Below, one piece after another: positions 61,277 to 64,000 of a stretch of DNA of 64,000 bases (the first letter of the stretch is position 1; each line of letters opens with the position of its first letter). The notes under the pieces are model-generated. The model searched no databases. It was not told the DNA's origin and saw only the letters and a program-made list of their open reading frames with translations. The stretch is from IMG/VR virus record IMGVR_UViG_2938816664_000004. The stretch is one strand, 5' to 3'. The translations under genes were made by a program, and so were the position numbers. The DNA is from a virus.

Positions 61277-61855
61277 TTATTCGCCTTCAAACAACAACTG
61301 GTCAATCGACATAGCGACTGAAATAGGCGTTCCCTGAACTAGACATCTGCCGTAAATGAGCTGAATTGGTCCGCCCTGAACTTCGGTCTGTTCAGTGCCA
61401 TTGAAGTAATGGGACGTTCTTCGTTGGGACTCGCCATTTTTCTTAGGTTTAGGCGCAAGTAATTGAGAGATACCGCCTGCGAGCATCCCGAATGCTGTTG
61501 GTAATAAAGCTGGATACCAAATACTGGCAACTAGAAGGACAACACCGACCACTGTTTGCAAGACACCATTACCACCTGCACCGACAACCACAGGTACAAA
61601 ACGAATGGTTTTGAGTTCACCGTGAACCAAGCCAAAATCCTCATCAGATAATTGACGCTTGGTTCCATCTTGGAATTCGCATAAAACGCGGTAATGAGCG
61701 AATTTGGCTGCTTTTTCACGCAACCAGTTGACCAATGAACCAGAGGTATTTGCGTTGATAAGTCTTAAAGCGTGACTTGGACCTCGCGCGGCAACGCTCC
61801 ACTTTTTGCCAAATTTCTTTCCAAGTTCTCCATGCAAATAAACATCGACTAACAT
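61277..61855 (-). CDS. Tail assembly protein (lambda I-like)
   Basis: LHGELGKKFG, IRFVPVVVGAG, QGGPIQLIYG. Confidence 0.88.
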   Translation of the reverse strand: MLVDVYLHGELGKKFGKKWSVAARGPSHALRLINANTSGSLVNWLREKAAKFAHYRVLCEFQDGTKRQLSDEDFGLVHGELKTIRFVPVVVGAGGNGVLQTVVGVVLLVASIWYPALLPTAFGMLAGGISQLLAPKPKKNGESQRRTSHYFNGTEQTEVQGGPIQLIYGRCLVQGTPISVAMSIDQLLFEGE

Positions 61856-62598
61856 TTACTTTTGTGCCTCATTTGCTTAACAGTGTGCTTAAGCCAGTAG
61901 GAGCCGTAGACATAGGCGTCGTAGCGAGATAAACGACCCTCGCAGTGATGAAGGATTTTTTCTGTACCGACATAAATGGCTGCGTGGTTCGGGTTGCCAC
62001 TTCCGTCGGTTTGAATGAAGAGAATGTCGCCGTACTGAAGGGGCTGATTTGTCACATCGACAAGCCCTACTTCTTCGTACTTATTGATGAAGTAATTGGT
62101 TTCTTCATTGGTCCAGAACTTCTCTACACGCGGGTAGTCACGAAGTTCGATACCAAACTCACGTAGGTAAAAGTCGCGGCAAAGCGTCCAGCAATCGAAA
62201 GAGCCATATACATATGGACGACCTTCGTATGGGGCTTCATATCCGGTTGGTGAAAACTCTACGAGATCGTTAAAGTGGAATTCGTCCCCTTTCTTCTCGA
62301 CCATTAGCATGTACCAAGGCAAGCCTGTCACTTCACAGCCGGCCAAATCAGATTCGGTTGGCTTCGGATTGCCATTGGTATGCGTATGCCATACACCAAC
62401 AATTTCACCTTCCTGTTCTGCGCGAAGATACTCATCGGGATTAATAAGAAACTGAGTTTTCGGGAACGGCGAATCGTTACGACATTTTATAGTAAGCGCT
62501 AACTTATATTTATTGACAACAATAAAGCCACAAGCTTCATTTGGATAACAATCCATCGCATGTTGTTTAATTTCATTAAGTAGGCGTGTGTCGATCAT
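61849..62598 (-). CDS. Tail assembly protein (lambda K-like; JAB plus NlpC/P60)
   Basis: YPNEACG, WHTH...SD, DCWTL, NHAAIY, ILHH. Confidence 0.9.
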   Translation of the reverse strand: MIDTRLLNEIKQHAMDCYPNEACGFIVVNKYKLALTIKCRNDSPFPKTQFLINPDEYLRAEQEGEIVGVWHTHTNGNPKPTESDLAGCEVTGLPWYMLMVEKKGDEFHFNDLVEFSPTGYEAPYEGRPYVYGSFDCWTLCRDFYLREFGIELRDYPRVEKFWTNEETNYFINKYEEVGLVDVTNQPLQYGDILFIQTDGSGNPNHAAIYVGTEKILHHCEGRLSRYDAYVYGSYWLKHTVKQMRHKSKC

Positions 62599-63290
62599 AC
62601 GCGCTGCACCCCTGGGAATGCGCCGTATGGAAGAACGGCATTTTCACCAAATCGGCAAGTACAAGAGCTAACCCGTTTCCCGCAGGCATCAAGATTCGGG
62701 TCATCTGTCGGCTTGTCATCCTTTGTGAAATAACCGCCTGTCCAACCGCAGTCTGGCGAACGGTACTGCCAGCGACATGCATTCTTGGTCACCTGACCGA
62801 AAGGTAGTTGAACGCCTTGGAAATCAAAGGCTGATGCCAATTCCCATTCAATTGAAACGCGGCTTTCATTAACCTTTCGATCAATAAACCAAATTTGATC
62901 TGGCAAATGTTGCGTTGGGTCGGCTTCGGGATTTCCATTAGGAAAGTTCACTTCGTCAAGGAAGCGGCCAAATGTACGTTTACGGATAACCTTGCATCCA
63001 ATAAGGTTGTCCAGCTCCGCCGCAAGTGACGAAAATAAGCCACTTACGTTTGCCAGAATTAGCTTAGGCGTAGGCAAAGTGCCCTGACTGCTTACATCAA
63101 AGTCACTTGCTTCAATAGGCAAAGGGTCATAGCGTTCTCCCTGCCAGTAGATCGGTTGGTGAAACGCATTTACGCCAGAACAAAAACGAATAACATCGCC
63201 GCCAAATTTAGTTGTATCAATAACAAACAGTTCAACTTCTGCTGTTGGTGACAACGATTGAATTTCAGCTACAGCGATTTTCTCGCCCAT
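62595..63290 (-). CDS. Minor tail protein (lambda L-like)
   Basis: RKRTFGRFLD.VNF, C.WQYRSPDCG...CGK..SSC..RFG. Confidence 0.9.
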   Translation of the reverse strand: MGEKIAVAEIQSLSPTAEVELFVIDTTKFGGDVIRFCSGVNAFHQPIYWQGERYDPLPIEASDFDVSSQGTLPTPKLILANVSGLFSSLAAELDNLIGCKVIRKRTFGRFLDEVNFPNGNPEADPTQHLPDQIWFIDRKVNESRVSIEWELASAFDFQGVQLPFGQVTKNACRWQYRSPDCGWTGGYFTKDDKPTDDPNLDACGKRVSSCTCRFGENAVLPYGAFPGVQRV

Positions 63291-63616
63291 TATTCATAAA
63301 CCTCTTCAAGCACTGCGGTAATCTGAAAAACACCAAATTTGATTTGATTCATCTTCCATTCGCGGCAGACGAACTTGCCCTTTTTGCCTTGTGGGTCAAT
63401 CCAATCAAACGCGGTTGTGCCATTGGCTTTGTTAAGAAACTCGTCAATTTCATTTGCCGTTTGCAGGTTGTTGGTAAAGGTGCAGTTCCATACCCGCAAA
63501 CTTGGGTTAATAGAATTTGGAATACGGGCTTCGTAGCCATCATTAAACTTGACCGTAGAGACGGAAGGTTTTTTCGACTTTTCAGCGCCCAAATCGGGCT
63601 TCCAAATAAATTCCAT
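63290..63616 (-). CDS. Minor tail protein (lambda M-like)
   Basis: KFNDGYE.R, FL....G..AFDW..P. Confidence 0.88.
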   Translation of the reverse strand: MEFIWKPDLGAEKSKKPSVSTVKFNDGYEARIPNSINPSLRVWNCTFTNNLQTANEIDEFLNKANGTTAFDWIDPQGKKGKFVCREWKMNQIKFGVFQITAVLEEVYE

Positions 63617-63688
63617 AAGACTCAGAATGAAATTAAGCGCCCACCTAATTATAAGTAAGCGCTTACTAATATTAAAGGGGTAATTATA

Positions 63689-64000
63689 TTATTTCTTATA
63701 TAATCTTCCTCCCGGTCTGCTTTGTTTGTCCAAGGTGCTCATGACAATGGCTTCGACCTGCTTCGCCATTTGTTTATATTCTTGAGCATCACCGCCAGAT
63801 GCGCTTGTAGAAGAGCTTCCATCGTTGTTTACGGTGATTTGGATTTGAACGTGATTTTGCATGTCGTTTGAAGCGTCACCCGCTCCCAACATGGAAACAC
63901 CGAGTCTGCCCGATGAATCGCGAGTAAGCGGCATGATTGCTTCTGGCCCTGCTTCTCCCATCAGACCGTTTGCAAAACTTCCACCCTTGGCAAACATAAA
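63689..64000 (-). CDS. C-terminal end of tail tape measure protein (partial; continues beyond the window)
   Basis: FAKGG, GLMGEAGPEAIMPL.R...GRLGV, RPGG.L. Confidence 0.85.
   Translation of the reverse strand, partial: FMFAKGGSFANGLMGEAGPEAIMPLTRDSSGRLGVSMLGAGDASNDMQNHVQIQITVNNDGSSSTSASGGDAQEYKQMAKQVEAIVMSTLDKQSRPGGRLYKK

Noticed and set aside
79..63658. Many short antisense or nested ORFs in the ORF track (e.g. 134-571, 24294-24686, 31042-31386, 63245-63658)
   Set aside because: They overlap well-supported genes on the other strand or frame and show no recognisable motifs

Overview
This window is about 60 kb of an Acinetobacter phage-plasmid (temperate siphophage genes plus a Rep_3/iteron plasmid replicon and ParA partitioning), with a 3.8-kb accessory patch at the left end. 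Left patch (1-3798): a umuD cut at its GFPSPA motif, an IS6 left-end remnant, an intact pmrC/eptA lipid A phosphoethanolamine transferase with its PmrA box, a pmrA fragment and a complete IS6-family element. Backbone, mostly on the minus strand: nucleotide metabolism (MazG-like, ThyX, NrdAB, Gmk-like), recombination/replication (RuvC-like, SbcCD, intein-containing RecA, 5'-3' exonuclease, SSB-like, split DnaE with an intervening HNH gene, ligase, primase, helicase), a sigma-like protein, a CobS/CobT-like AAA-VWA pair separated by ISAba1, a control region (XRE repressor, tyrosine recombinase, ParA and partner), an Hfq-like protein, Rep with about 14 iterons, endolysin/holin and a lambda-type tail tip module with a 3727-aa fibre. 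Most notable: (1) the DnaE halves carry catalytically dead split-intein remnants that may act as a non-splicing clasp; (2) a candidate SOS-box/sRNA/Hfq-like/repressor induction circuit; (3) unrelated proteins share a C-terminal GSW/ESW tag; (4) a window-wide TAGTAAGCGCTTACTA palindrome and RBS-occluding hairpins; (5) a free-standing mini copy of the tail-fibre coiled-coil repeat; (6) IS6-captured pmrC. All calls come from reading motifs by eye; no searches were run.
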